A DNA stretch of 64,000 nucleotides from assembly GCF_035594765.1 (NCBI RefSeq), contig NC_085846.1, forward strand, positions 9,969,190-10,033,189, written 5' to 3'. The position numbers were made by a program, and so were the translations under genes. This document shows positions 11,601 to 23,669 of this stretch, piece by piece; within the stretch, counting starts at the first letter, position 1, and each line of letters starts with the position of its first letter. This stretch comes from Anolis carolinensis (lineage: Eukaryota). The notes beneath the pieces were generated by a model, which did no database searches, was not told where the DNA came from, and was given only the letters and a program-made list of their open reading frames with translations.

Positions 11601-12083
11601 GAAAGTGCTTTCAAATTGCAGATGCTTTTAACATGTTACAGCCTCAACGTGTAACATTTTGCTTGTGGTCTAGATTATAAGATCTAGAGTATGATGTGCC
11701 ACAATTGAATTAATTTTGAGAAAGCTTCTATGGATATGGAATACATGATTTTCCCAAAAACTGCATAGAAAGCTGTGGTTAGATATCTGTATAGAGTTTC
11801 CTCCATGGAAAGAAGTGCTTGAAATATACCTGTATGCTTTCTGAAATTGTTTTAATAAAAATTATACCTCACAATATGTTCACAATAATACTGTGAAATT
11901 TTCAGACAGTATTACTGCTTTTTCCATTTGTAATGCCCTACATTTTCAGAATGGTGTTCAGTTAGTTTTTTCTTGAATCCACAAGTGCCAGAGCCAGCTT
12001 GTTTTGATATCTTTCTATAAGGCAAATGTGATGATGGGTGAGAAACATCAACTGGTGAAACCTAAACCTTGCAACCTTCTTCC

Positions 12084-13018
12084 TCATGAGGAATATATTT
12101 TTACAGTGGGCAAAGTGTCAAATGGTTTCTCCAATCTCATAAGGCACCTTCTGTTATTCAGTTGGGGATGAAACAATAAAATATAACACTTAGGAAGAAA
12201 CATCCCACAAATCAAGGATAAACTGGATGCAAGGATAGCAAAGGCCTCAGTAACTGCAGCATAGTATTCTGGAGATGTAAGGTAGGCAGGGACAAATGCC
12301 AACCAGACCCCAAAGCTACCTGATAAACTGAAACAGATCAGTGATGCTTCATTGAAAGCTTCAGGGAGGTTGCGTGCCAAGAAGGCTGCAGTTAAGCTGA
12401 GCCCAGCCAGGAAGCCCAGATAAGACAGCATGCCCCAAAAAGCAGTGGGTGAACCTTCATGACATGATAAGGTGATAGCAGAGGGGAAAGAGTTTCTTTT
12501 GATATATGGAGGAGACGTCATGGACCAGATAGCACATAGCAGGAATTGGAGGAGGCAGCCTAGCAGAATAACAGAACAAGGCATCCGGGAGCTGAGCCAG
12601 ACCCTTGAGTGACCACGGGGGCTTATTGCCCTAAATGCTGCCACCACCAGTATCGTCTTGGCCAGGATACAAGACAGACAGAGGGCAAAAGTCATCCCAA
12701 AGACAACTTGGCGCAACAAGCAGGAGGTGTGGCTTGGTTGCCCAAGGAACAGCAGGCAGCAAAGGGAGCTCAGGGCCAGTCCAATCAGGAGCAAGTAGCT
12801 CAGCTCACGGCTATTGGCCCGAACCAGTGGAGTTTCTTGGTGTGCGATGAAGATGGCAAGAATCATGATAGGCATGATGGATCCACAGACAGAAGCACTA
12901 GCTAAGCTGGCCCCCAGGGGCTCATGGAAGGCTAGGAACAGTTCCTTTTTGGGTAGGCACATTGTCTGGCCTTGGTCCGGCCATTGGTCTTCAAGGCATC
13001 TTGAGCAGACGGAAGAAT
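12084..13018 (-). CDS. V2R-like exon 6 (7TM domain)
   Basis: DSSVCSRCLEDQWPD..CLPK followed by the class C 7TM domain to the stop. Confidence 0.95.
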
Positions 13019-16000
13019 CTAGGTCAGAAGAGAGGCAAATTCAATGAGCTGTCTCATTGCCTTCCTATTATCTTACCCAACTTTACTCCTCGCAAAAAGC
13101 AAGGGTCTACCTTCAATCAGGGCTGCAATTTGTTTGACAGAGCATGGAGACATATCCTGTAACTTGGATATGACCTAAAATATAATTCAAGTGTTCTTAT
13201 TACAAATCCAGAGTTAGAGCCAGCTCAAGTTTGCCAACACGCTGTAGAATAAATATCTAAGATGGGTTTTTCCCATTCTGTCCTAGAATATTGGAATTTG
13301 GAGTTCATTACATAAAATCAACTGGCAGGAGATTGAGCAAAGAAAACATAAAAATCCTATATGCAACATACAGCTTAAAGGCACCAGATCCCATCTGACC
13401 TTGGAAGCTAAGCAGGTCAGCTCTGGTTAGTAGATGGCTTGCCAAGGAATATCAGGTGCTATAGGCTATGTTTCAGAGGAAAGAACTATCAAAATCACCT
13501 CTGAATATTCCTTGCCTAAGAAAACTTTATGGGGTCAGGATAAATGAACAGGGTACACAAAAGCACGCACACGCAGGATATTGTTCACAGCAGGAATCTG
13601 AGGCCAAATAAGGTGTTGATGGTCCATTGCTAAGACCAAAATTACATGTTACATCAGTCATACTTTTTATTTGAAGAGATTAATCTTTTCTTCCTGGGAC
13701 CTTGTTTCTGAATGAACCTGACCTTATATTTGTTTACACATTAATTAATTGAAAGCAATTTTCTAATTGCAGAGTAGTCCATGTATGATCAGATAACTTA
13801 ACTCCCTCTCTCTCCCCCCCCTCTCTCTGGTTTAGTATTGTTTTGTAAGGTTCTATGTGAAGGCAAATTCCCCCACCCCACACCTCACCCTGCCAGTGAG
13901 AATGCTACAGCCATAAAGAGGGCTCCATAATTTCTTGTTGCATCCTTTCTTGCTGGTGCAATTGTGATGGAAACATCCTCCTCCTGTACCACAAATCACC
14001 ACCTGAACAGACTTACATCACTCAATGAGGCTGTTAAGGTGTTTGTTTAGGTTACACATTACCTAGTTACACATTTGTAACAAAGAAGGCAATGTTGGAT
14101 ATCAGGAAACATATTTACTAAGCCAATAACATTTGCACAGAAATCCAGAGCATCACATGCTGCAGTGTCCACTCACCGGTCTGGTTTGAGATCTCCCCAA
14201 GGGCACACGGCCTGCAGTCAAAACAGCAAGTAGGTATACCTGAGTGGTGGAGTTTGTGATAACCCATTAAGCAGCTTGGTGTACATACAGATATGGGGAT
14301 CTAAATCAGAAGCAGAAGGATCATTGGTATTATTTGGAATAATTTAATTGCTTTTCATAATTATAAATATGTGTAGTTTGACTGTTTACATATTGCCAAA
14401 TATCTGAGCCTGGCCCTGAACCTTTAGTTTTCATGGATCATCTCCAAGTGGGAGATAAGTTGCACAGTTCTGGGTTCTAGTAAAATATTCCTTCACTTTG
14501 CAATATCTGGACTGCAACTGTTTTGACATCACAAAAGAAAGAGTGACAGAAGAACAGTAATATCGGATTCATTGATGCTTTTCCCAGCAATGGAAATACT
14601 TGATCCAATAATGATCCAATGCAATGCAACTATAAAAAGATATTTAGTGCAGTAAGCTCAAGCCAAATGTGCTTTTATCCTGCTGCAATAGTATTTTATC
14701 GTCCTCGTATCATAAAGCCCTTAATTATATTCTACCTTTTCTCCCAGTTATTGCAGCTTCAGAGCTCATCCTCTACTCTGTTCTACATCCATCTTCTCAC
14801 TAGAAGCAAGCAGGCTAGATTAAGGGTAATATCGCCTCCCTATGTAGGTGAGAAGGAATAATCCCCTCACTTCGCCCCTTTAGCTGAGAGTTTTATTTTC
14901 ATTTCCAAATGGGGAAAATGTTTTTTCTCTGTGTGTGCTGGTGTCTGTGTGTTTTAATGGCAACCTGTCAGCAGCCATGACTGGTACTTAATGTATAACA
15001 TTAAATTACTTCACTAGAGATCATTCTCTGAGTCTTGGGTTTCCCCCCAGAAATCTCAGGACCCAGGATGATTCCAAACTGGCATCTAAAAGCTGGACTC
15101 ACTTTAGTTTAGTCTTAAAAAGAAGCAGACACTGTATTCTGAAGAGCAGCTGCCAGAGCAAAGGGTCCCCTAATGATAAAGTCCAATGAAACATGTATCA
15201 CCCACCAATTAGAACAAAAAGCATTTTGTTCTAGTTGAGCTTCTTCATATAGGAACTCTCATTAGAAATGAGGGCTAAATCTATTTGATAGCCCTAGTAT
15301 GGAAAGGCCTTTTGAAAAGAAAAGTCTGTCCTCCTTACCTCTGTTCTGCCTCCAGTCCACACAATGGCACTATCATTAATAATCAGCTCTTTAGATTGGG
15401 AAGGTTTGACCTGTCCAACTCGCACAAACTTCAAGCTGTCTGCAGAAGCAAGACGAGTGTTGTAGATGTCAAAGAGGGCAGGAGGGTCACCATGTTCATC
15501 AAAATAGACTTCTTCGCCCACTTTGTTCTTGAAATAAACTCTCCTTAAGTACTGATGCAACTGGAAGTTGGGAGAATAAGGGAGTATCAGATCCCTGCAG
15601 TAACTGAATAGCATGTGAGGGAAGATCATGTTTATAAGCTGTGAGGGAAGATCATGTAGAAAATGGAGCGAAGTTTGTTTTCTGCTGCTCCTTAAACTAG
15701 GAACAAATGGATTCACATTACAAGAAAAGAGATTCCACCCAAACATGGAGAACTTCCTGACAGTACAAGATGTTTGATGGTAGAATGGATGGTTTTGGAA
15801 GGTGGCAAACTCTCCTTCAAACCTTCAGGCAGAGTTTGGATAGCCACCTCTCAGACATGAGTTTATGATTCACAGTCATACTCAATTACTATAGGAGAAG
15901 CTACCCCCAGGAGCAGTGCAGGTGCTATTGAATCCTGGGGGAACGAGGGTTGCCATTGCCCTCTAGACTAGTGGCATAGCAAGGCTTGTGAAGGTGCCTC

Positions 16001-19000
16001 CACATTCCACCAGCATTCATATAGGAAATTGGTATAATAATTAAATAAGGTAGTACCTTCCATAAATTGAATCCATGAGATCCTACTTGTGTCCTGTTGA
16101 CAATGTTCTTAGGTCCTCTTGGTTCCTCTTGTTCCATCATGTCATGCAGGGCATGGGCAATGGCATAGACTGCATTGTAGACGCTGAAGGTCAAGCCAAA
16201 CCCGGGCATGCTGGCAAAAGGGTTTGTGTCCTTCTTCAAATTTTCTTTCCCTGTACAGTAACGGCTGACATGTTCCTCCTGGACATAGCTCTGATTCCAC
16301 CAGCAGTTGAAAACCTTGCTCCAGAACTCTTGGATGAAGATGTCTTTTGAAGAAGTTACAGGTTGGAGCCCAAGTAGGAAGTCCCTCAAGCCCGGAACAG
16401 GTCTTTTGTGAGAAACGACGGACAGCGAGCCATCAAACATGAAGAAGGCCTTTGGATCTTTGAAGGTACTGGCTTGGCCAACAGCCTCAGAACACAGCAA
16501 CACCCTTCCTTCCACTTTCTGTTGGTACAGCTCAAGAAGTAGAGGATGAATCTCCAACCCACAGAAGGCAACAATTACACGGGCGTGGGATGCCATTATT
16601 GTCCTGACAACATCCCTAACACGGACCATGTCAATTGATAAGGGAAGCCAACTCAAGAAGGCGACACACACCCTCTTCTTGATTATCTCCTCTTGAACAA
16701 TCTCAATGCCTTGCTTCCCATATTCAGAGTCTGTTGCAAGCAGTCCGACCCACTTCCAGGCAAAATAGATCACCAAATGAGTGATGCCGAGGGCTTGGAA
16801 TTTGTTACTGGGGATGGTGCGGAAGAAAGAGGGGAACTGGGACTTATCATTGGTCATGGAGCCGGTGTCAAAGTAACTGATCTGAGCACAAAAAGGAAAG
16901 AAAATTCCCTTATTTGCATTCAAATAGAATACATGTGCCCAAGCAACATCTGAGTGTTCAAGATGGCAGAAGTTATAAGTAAAGAACAGCAAAATTACAC
17001 AAGCTAGGAGGTGCTGCAGAAATTTGCTTTTGCCTAAATCTACTGGAAAGGGCAAGATTCTGGGCCCCCTCATTTCCTTCCGGCTGAATGAACTAAATGT
17101 AAACTGCCTTTGCATTTGAAACTTAGTTTGAAGCAGCTAAAGGAAGCTGAGGACAAAATAGGGGAAGAGAAAGAAGAAGGGTCATTTTAAAAGCAGCTGA
17201 AAAAGTGGGATGAAAGGATATCAATTGGGACTGCCCATGCCAAACTGGGTGGCTGGAAAATATGAGACTTTGATTTATGATGAATCTATCCTAGAGTTGT
17301 TTTTAACCACCATGACTCAGTGCTATGGAACCATGGGAGTTGTAGTTTAACAAGATCTTTAGCCTTCTTTGCCAAATCGTTCTTGTGCCTCATCAAACTG
17401 CAACTCCTATGATTCAATAGCATATAGACATAACAGTTAAAAGTGGTGTCTAACTGCATTAATTCTACCCTAGATGCACCCCTTGTGCACTACACTATAC
17501 TACTTTATGGAACTGCATTGCCTCCTAATGCTCCTTTTATGCAATTGCAACAGCCTTCCAAGCATGGAAAGTGTTTTTAAATATCTGCAAAAAGCCTAGA
17601 CAGGGTAATTCAAATGCCCTAAAACAGTGAGTAACTTTGGAAATCTTCACAACTTTTCTTCATCAAGCTGAAACCTGGCCGGGGAATTCATTAGAGTGAT
17701 ACATAGAGGAGGAAAAGCTGCCATGTTGAGAAAGCTACAAAGTCTGAAACCGCAACAGTCTGAGAAAAAATCCCTGTGGTGTCTTGCAGATTTAAGGGGA
17801 TTAGTCTTCCTTAGTTCCGTATAGGTTTCAAGTCGCCAAAAGAGCAATCATAGCATATTTACTATTCACATATATACACACATATCTTCTAGCAGACACT
17901 CAAATGCATCCCCAGCACTAAGTAAAATCAGCAGTTCCTAGTTGGGATATGATGGTCCTATATCTTTGTGAATGGCATAACTTGATGAATATGAAAGGTA
18001 TTTTATAGAAACACATTGTTAAAAGAGACATCAAGCACTATTGAATCTAACTCCCTGCTCAGCGCAGGATCTCCAGCTAAAACATCCCTGGTAGGTAGCT
18101 GAACAACCTCTTATTGAAGATGTCTAAAGAAGGCAACTTCACCAACTCTATAGTTTCCATTGCCAAACTGCTGACTGTTAAAATATTAAGATGTCCCTCC
18201 TAACATTCAATTGAAATCTGTTCTCCTCTAACTTCAAACCATTAGACCTGTCTCTACCTTCTTAGGCAGCAGAGAACTTGGGAGACTATGCTGGCTAAAA
18301 TAGCATTCACCTTCTTTGATGCCACATTATGCTGCTGGCTTATGTTCAATTTATCATTGACAATAATTCTAGGGTTCTTTTTGCATGTAGTGCTGCTGAG
18401 CCATGTTTCCCCTATTCTGTAATTGTACATTTGGGTTTTGTGGCCTCAAGATATACCTTAGCATTTCTCTTTATTGATTTCTGCCCAATTTTCTAGTTTA
18501 CCCAGGTCTTTTTAATTCTGTTCCTATCTTCCAATGTGGTAACCATCCTTCCTGGTTTTGTGTCATCTGCAAATTTGATAAACATTCTCTTTATGCTGTC
18601 ATCTAAGTTCCTGATAAAACACAAGATAATACGTATTTGTTTCTAGAAAAGTATAACTTAATATAAAAGGGAACACAGCACATACCTGGGGGTATCTGTA
18701 AAGATTCAGCACACTAGCAATTGCTCTCGATTCTGTCATTCCAGCCTCTGCAATAAGACCGGCTTGCGGAGGAACATGCTGGCAATGAAAGTTGGGGATG
18801 GCATTTTGATGACCGGAAAGAAACTGCATGGTACCCCACAGGGCTCGGGAAACTGACTGACAAGAATCAAAGATGCGAAAGCCGAGAGTGATGTTGGGCA
18901 AAAGGCTTGATGCGCTGTTAATCTCCTCAATGGCAAAGACCATGGTTTGAATGTACTTGTAAAACCAAAACGATATGCTGGGGAAACCCAGAAGAATAGT

Positions 19001-19873
19001 CAGGTATTAAGATCAGAATAGGAAAATACATTTCTGAAGCTTATAAATATTGGCCATCAAATGAGATGGAGATGAGTTATAGCAATACTTTTATTTAATT
19101 AGTTTGTAATGAAGTGCTTTCAAGCTGATTCCAACTTGCAGCCTAGATTTATTGCCTTCCTCTCAGCCTGACAATATGGGTTGGTCAATGCTATGTGTAC
19201 AAGATGTATATGAAACATCACTGAATTTCATGTTTAGATTTGAAGATATCTCCTCATGCAGGTAGATGCAAATACTGTACAGGTATTCCAAAATCTGAAA
19301 GTGTTCAAAATCCTTTCAGATGATAAGGATCAAAGTGCAATAATCAACTTGCACTTTGTTTTTTGTACCAGTAGATTGAAAAATTCTGATATATTTTATT
19401 TTAGGCTGACTAAAAACTCATCATGATATCTGAATAAGAAGAAAACAGAAGGCTACTTTTTAACATTGCAATTGATATATACTTTTTTTAGCCCTGAAAC
19501 TGTGATTAATTGTTTAGTTTGGGAAGACATGGTCTTTTGCATAGTTTAGACCCAAACTGTAGAGGGTTTTATGAGCCTATATTTACCTCGAAGGGTAGCT
19601 GGAAATACTTCCATTGTGAGTTCCAGAAGAATAGGACATACTGGTGTTGAGGGGAGTCAACCGCTGACAGTATACAGGATTTGGGGACTCAGCAAAGGTG
19701 ACTTTTGTGGGATAACTTGACATATGTGGGTGGTGCAAGGGGAAGATCCCACCAAGGAGGACGTCTCCTTTTCTCTCAAAAACTTCCATCCGGATGGTGG
19801 GCAGCTGACATTGATGCCCACTGAGGTTGTGAACCAGGATGAAAAACAAGACTCCGAAAAAGAAAGGGTTCAT
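12084..19873 (-). CDS. Vomeronasal type-2 receptor-like / CaSR-like class C GPCR, 6 exons, 869 aa, intact
   Basis: Exons (minus): 19873-19662, 18977-18686, 16881-16057, 15560-15339, 14300-14177, 13018-12084; total 2610 nt in frame. Motifs: signal peptide, GDVLLGGIFPLH, MVFAIEEIN..LLPNITLGFRIFDSC, FPSFFRTIPS, VYNAVYAIAHALH, nine-Cys domain, and 7TM with PLVRANSRELSY, SCILAKT, LPEAFNEA, FLPKCYIL. Confidence 0.95.
13357..13545 (+). mobile_element. 5S rRNA-derived SINE / decayed 5S copy
   Basis: GATCCCATCTGACCTTGGAAGCTAAGCAGG..TGGTTAGTA..GGAATATCAGGTGCTATAGGCT resembles 5S rRNA, followed by a SINE-like body. A second degenerate 5S fragment lies on minus at ~35840-35920. Confidence 0.75.
14177..14300 (-). 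CDS. V2R-like exon 5 (cysteine-rich domain)
   Basis: 124 nt; IPISVCTPSCLMGY...CCFDCRPCALGEISNQT. Not in the ORF track; translated by hand. Confidence 0.92.
15339..15560 (-). CDS. V2R-like exon 4
   Basis: 222 nt; LHQYLRRVYF...FDEHGD...INDSAIVW. Confidence 0.92.
16057..16881 (-). CDS. V2R-like exon 3
   Basis: 825 nt; ISYF...FPSFFRT...AHALHDM...NLWK. Confidence 0.92.
18686..18977 (-). CDS. V2R-like exon 2
   Basis: 292 nt; MVFAIEEIN...RYPQ. Confidence 0.92.
19662..19873 (-). CDS. V2R-like exon 1
   Basis: MNPFFFGVLFFILV signal peptide, GDVLLGGIFP; phase-2 donor. Confidence 0.88.
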
Positions 19874-20681
19874 AAATCCACAAAGAGATCTACTCTGAAT
19901 ATAAGGATGCAGTCCAAGAAGATTCTTTTTATAGAGCCTTTTTGGTTAGCTTTGGAACGTATCATTTACTGTTTCAGGGAACAGAATATAGGAGATTTAA
20001 ACTCAGATTGTGATGCAAAAATATGCTGAAAGAAAGAATGGAAAATCTGCCCTTCCACTTCTTGGTTGATGGCAGAAGAAATGCAAAAGGTGAGCAATAA
20101 GAAATAGTTATCTCTGGTTTTGTGAGCAATGATTCTCATATGTAGTTAGTAGATTAAGAAAGATGGGAGAAAAATTTGTATGACCAACACACATTGCAAA
20201 AATCTAGAAGAAAAACCCAGGCAGCCTTTTTAATAGGTTTTTGAGAGTCCAGAGAGAGCTCTTTTTTGAGTTCCCTGGAGTTCTTCCATCAAATGGAAAT
20301 CTGAGTGAAGGAGAGAGAGGAACAAATGAAATAATAGTCATATGCCACAAAAGGAACTGCAGAACTGAAAAGGAGGCTCCAGGGATAGGACAATAGACAA
20401 TCCCATTTGCACGGATATTTCTAGCTTCTACAGCTAAAGAATACAACATTACTTTTATATTGTTTCAGATTTCATCCCATAATACATTAGAATTAATGCA
20501 GTTTGATATAATTTTAACTGATATGGCTCAATGGTAAGGAATCCAGGAACCTGAAATTTGGTAACATGCCAGAAAGCTAAAGTTGAGGTAAAACTACAAC
20601 TTCCATGATTTTATAGCTTTGAGCCATGGCAGTTAAAGTAGTATCAAACGGCATTACATCTACAGTGTAGATATACACTAA

Positions 20682-20826
20682 GGCCCTTTCTACACTGCCA
20701 TATAATCCAGATTATTAAAGCACATAATCCACATTATCTGCTTTGAACTGGATTATATACGTCTATACTGCCATATAATCAAGTTCAAAGCAGATAATCT
20801 TGATTTTTGGCAGTGTAGAAGGGCCC
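20682..20826. mobile_element. PIF/Harbinger-like MITE; relatives at ~20990-21255, 48225-48358, 59885-60032
   Basis: GGCCCTTTCTACACTGCC TIR flanked by TAA duplication. Confidence 0.75.
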
Positions 20827-21751
20827 TAAGAAGTACATATCTGGTTTATGTTTGAGGCATATGCATGAGTGCTAGGAGTGGATAATTTTTGAGGAATGAA
20901 AACCTTGTTGATTATCTAGCAAGGTTAGTGTGTTTTACAATGATTCATTCTTTCACAAATGCTGCATGATACCTATTTTTCTCATCTGAGGTCCCTTCCT
21001 TCTACATTGCCCCTATATCCCATGATCTGATCCCAGATTATCTGGCAGTGGAGACTCATAGGCCCCATCTACACTGCCATATAAAATCCAGATGATCTTT
21101 GCACTAGATTATATGAGTCTACACTGTCATATAATCCAGTTCAAGGCAGATAACCTGGGTTTTATACAGCAGTGTAGATCGGACCATATATTCCATTTAA
21201 AGCAGGTAATCTGGGATCAGATCCTGGGATATGGGGCAGTGTTGAAAGTGTAGAAAGTCAGCTGCCTTGAGGCTTCAAGTTTCTTCAATAAATTTCTGAA
21301 TGGTATAGCTATGTGTTTTGTAACTATCTAGTATCACTGACATACTGTGAAATCTGGTGTGGAATTCACCATATTTTGTTTTATTCGGAGCATGTTTCTA
21401 GACCTCATGACAGTGGAGGACGAAAGCTAGGAAGCATGGCATTTTAAACTCATTCATATTTAATTATTTTTCGTTTCTATGGAAGACATATAGGGTGCAT
21501 CTATATTTGGTAGAATACAGTTTGACATCACTTTTAATGTCTTGGCTCAGTGTGATGGAAATAATGGGAATTGTAGCTTTACAAGAGTGCCAAAGAGTGT
21601 TGGTGCCTCACCAAACTACATTTCTCAAGATACTGCAGCATTGAGCCATTGGAATTAAAGTTATGCCAAACTTCATAACTGTATTTCTTTTATTCTAAGA
21701 CACCCCCATATCTCTAAAAATGGGGTTTGTCTTAGTATTTCAGGTGCTTTT

Positions 21752-21753
<2 letters not shown>

Positions 21754-21816
<63 letters not shown>

Positions 21817-21840
21817 TACACATACATACACATACACACA
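21754..21840. repeat. (TA)n(CA)n microsatellite; also 33808-33862 and the TA/CA-rich tract at 24050-25710
   Basis: Direct reading. Confidence 0.9.
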
Positions 21841-22820
21841 TATTAAGATTTTAATCTCATGGTGGTACTGAAATTAATGTGTTTCTTACAATCAATGGTA
21901 TCTTACAATAAAAAAGCTACGTAGAGCCACCCTCAGAAAAATCATAACAAAAGATTGATGCATTTATGCAAATCCTCATCCTGCATTTTCCTTTAGTTGT
22001 GTTGTTGTTTTTTTGAGCAAAGAATTGATGCAGAAATCAGAAAGTGCTGCCTTTCCCAGTCATATGATGGAGATGGTGGGGAAAGCTTCACCTGTTGGTT
22101 TCCTGCCCTTTTGCTCTGGAGTAAAAACTGCAGAATAGTGCCAGAAAACAAAGCATTAATTTCTGAGGCAAAAACTTCTGGTCATGAAACTTTTCCCGTT
22201 CTGTCCTGACCATCCATGTTTACAGAATAGATCGATTCCCATTTGGAACATGCTATTCTACCAACTTTTGTCCTCAGGGCCATTCAGACTCATTAACCAA
22301 ATAAGCAACACACTAAGCGGAGTTAGCAATATGCTAATCCTCATGACAGACTGATAAATGGCACGTCTGGGGAGTTGTTGTGATTATTTTTGTTACAATT
22401 ACCACCGAGAAAATACCAAGTAAATGTATGCAATTGAGGGCAGGTTACAACTTGCTTCTCCAGTTAGGAAAGTATATAGATTAAGAGACATTATCAAAAC
22501 TTTGATTTAACTCACTAGAGAAATCTGTTGTTCAGATGATTTGATGAGCCGGGAACTTTTGGTTCCAATCCCATGAGTTTGAGGTAATAACACACCTTCA
22601 GTACTTCCTAACTTAAATTATAATAAATGATAATTATGCTCCCTTTGGTGAAGTTTGTGGAATAGCATCCAACCAGAGGTTTTTGAAACTAACATGCATC
22701 TCATAACTCTTCCGAATTGTGGTGCTATAGCACTATGATTTCACATTATGTGCCATGGCTACGTCCTATGGGATGCTGGGATCTGTAGTTTGTAGCATAC
22801 TATCAGGAGGAAGACATATT

Positions 22821-22880
22821 TAGCAGAGGATGGTTTCAATCCATCAATCTCTGGGTTATGGGCCCAGCACGCTTCCACTG
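22821..22880 (-). pseudogene. Initiator tRNA-Met (CAT) pseudogene, lacking the 5' 12 nt
   Basis: Reverse complement reads CAGTGGAAGCGTGCTGGGCCCATAACCCAGAGATTGATGGATTGAAACCATCCTCTGCTA, matching vertebrate tRNA-iMet with 4 transitions, mostly at CpG. Confidence 0.9.
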
Positions 22881-23302
22881 TAGGGCCGCGGTGGTGCAAT
22901 GGGTTAAACCAGTGGTCCTCAGCCAGCACAAAGGTTCTCAACCTGTGGATCCCCAGATGTTTTGGTTTTCAACTCCCAAAAAATCCTAACTGGTAAACTG
23001 GCTGAGATTTCTGGGTGTTGTAGGCCAAAGCATCTGGGGACCCACAGGTTGAGAACACTTGTGCTGGCTGAACTGCTGATCTGAAGGTTGAGTTGCTGAC
23101 CTGAAGATTGCCGGTTTGAATTCGTGACACAGGGAGAGCTTCTGTCTGTCAGCTCTAGCTTGCAGGGACATGAGAGAAGCCTCCCAGCAGGATGGTAACA
23201 CATCTGTGTATCCCCTGGGTGATGTCTCTGTAGATGGCCAATTCTCTCACACCAGAAGCGACTTGCAGTATGCTCTCAAGTCGTTTATGACACTATAAAA
23301 AA
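22881..23302 (+). mobile_element. Sauria SINE with nested hAT MITE; other SINE copies at ~46456-46706, 47424-47755, 50195-50630, 57085-57517
   Basis: GGTGGTGCAATGGGTTAAACC head, GGTTTGAATTC B-box-like motif, GGGACATGAGAGAAGCCTCCC body, A tail. Confidence 0.8.
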
Positions 23303-23360
23303 AGGAAGAAGACATGGCTTGTCAGAAAAGGATAATAATGGTTTGGGAGTATGTCTACAA

Positions 23361-23554
23361 CAGACATGGGCAAACTTGGGGCTTCCTGGTGTTTTGGACT
23401 CCAACTCCCATCATTCCTAACCGCCTCAGACCCTTTCCTTTCCCCCCTCAGCCGCTTAAGCGGCTGAGGGGGGAAAGGAAGGGGCCTGAGGCGGTTAGGA
23501 ATGATGGGAGTTGGAGTCCAAAACACCTAGAGGGCCCAAGTTTGCCCATGACTG
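23361..23554. mobile_element. Palindromic hAT MITE (CAGGCATGGGCAAACT-type); related copy at 52424-52557, fragments at 56403 and 58810
   Basis: Near-perfect 194-bp inverted repeat centred on GCCGCTTAAGCGGC. Confidence 0.85.
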
Positions 23555-23669
23555 ATCCACACTGTAGAATGAATGCAGTTTGAAGCCACATTAAGAGGCG
23601 GGTCCTTTTGTTCTCCTCCTCCAATGAACGCAAAGGAGATGAGGCCTGGCACACGACCCTGTGGGAAAT

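Noticed and set aside
22821-22880. Functional tRNA-iMet gene
   Set aside because: Lacks the 5' acceptor strand and part of the A box, shows CpG decay in the T loop, and has no oligo-T terminator.
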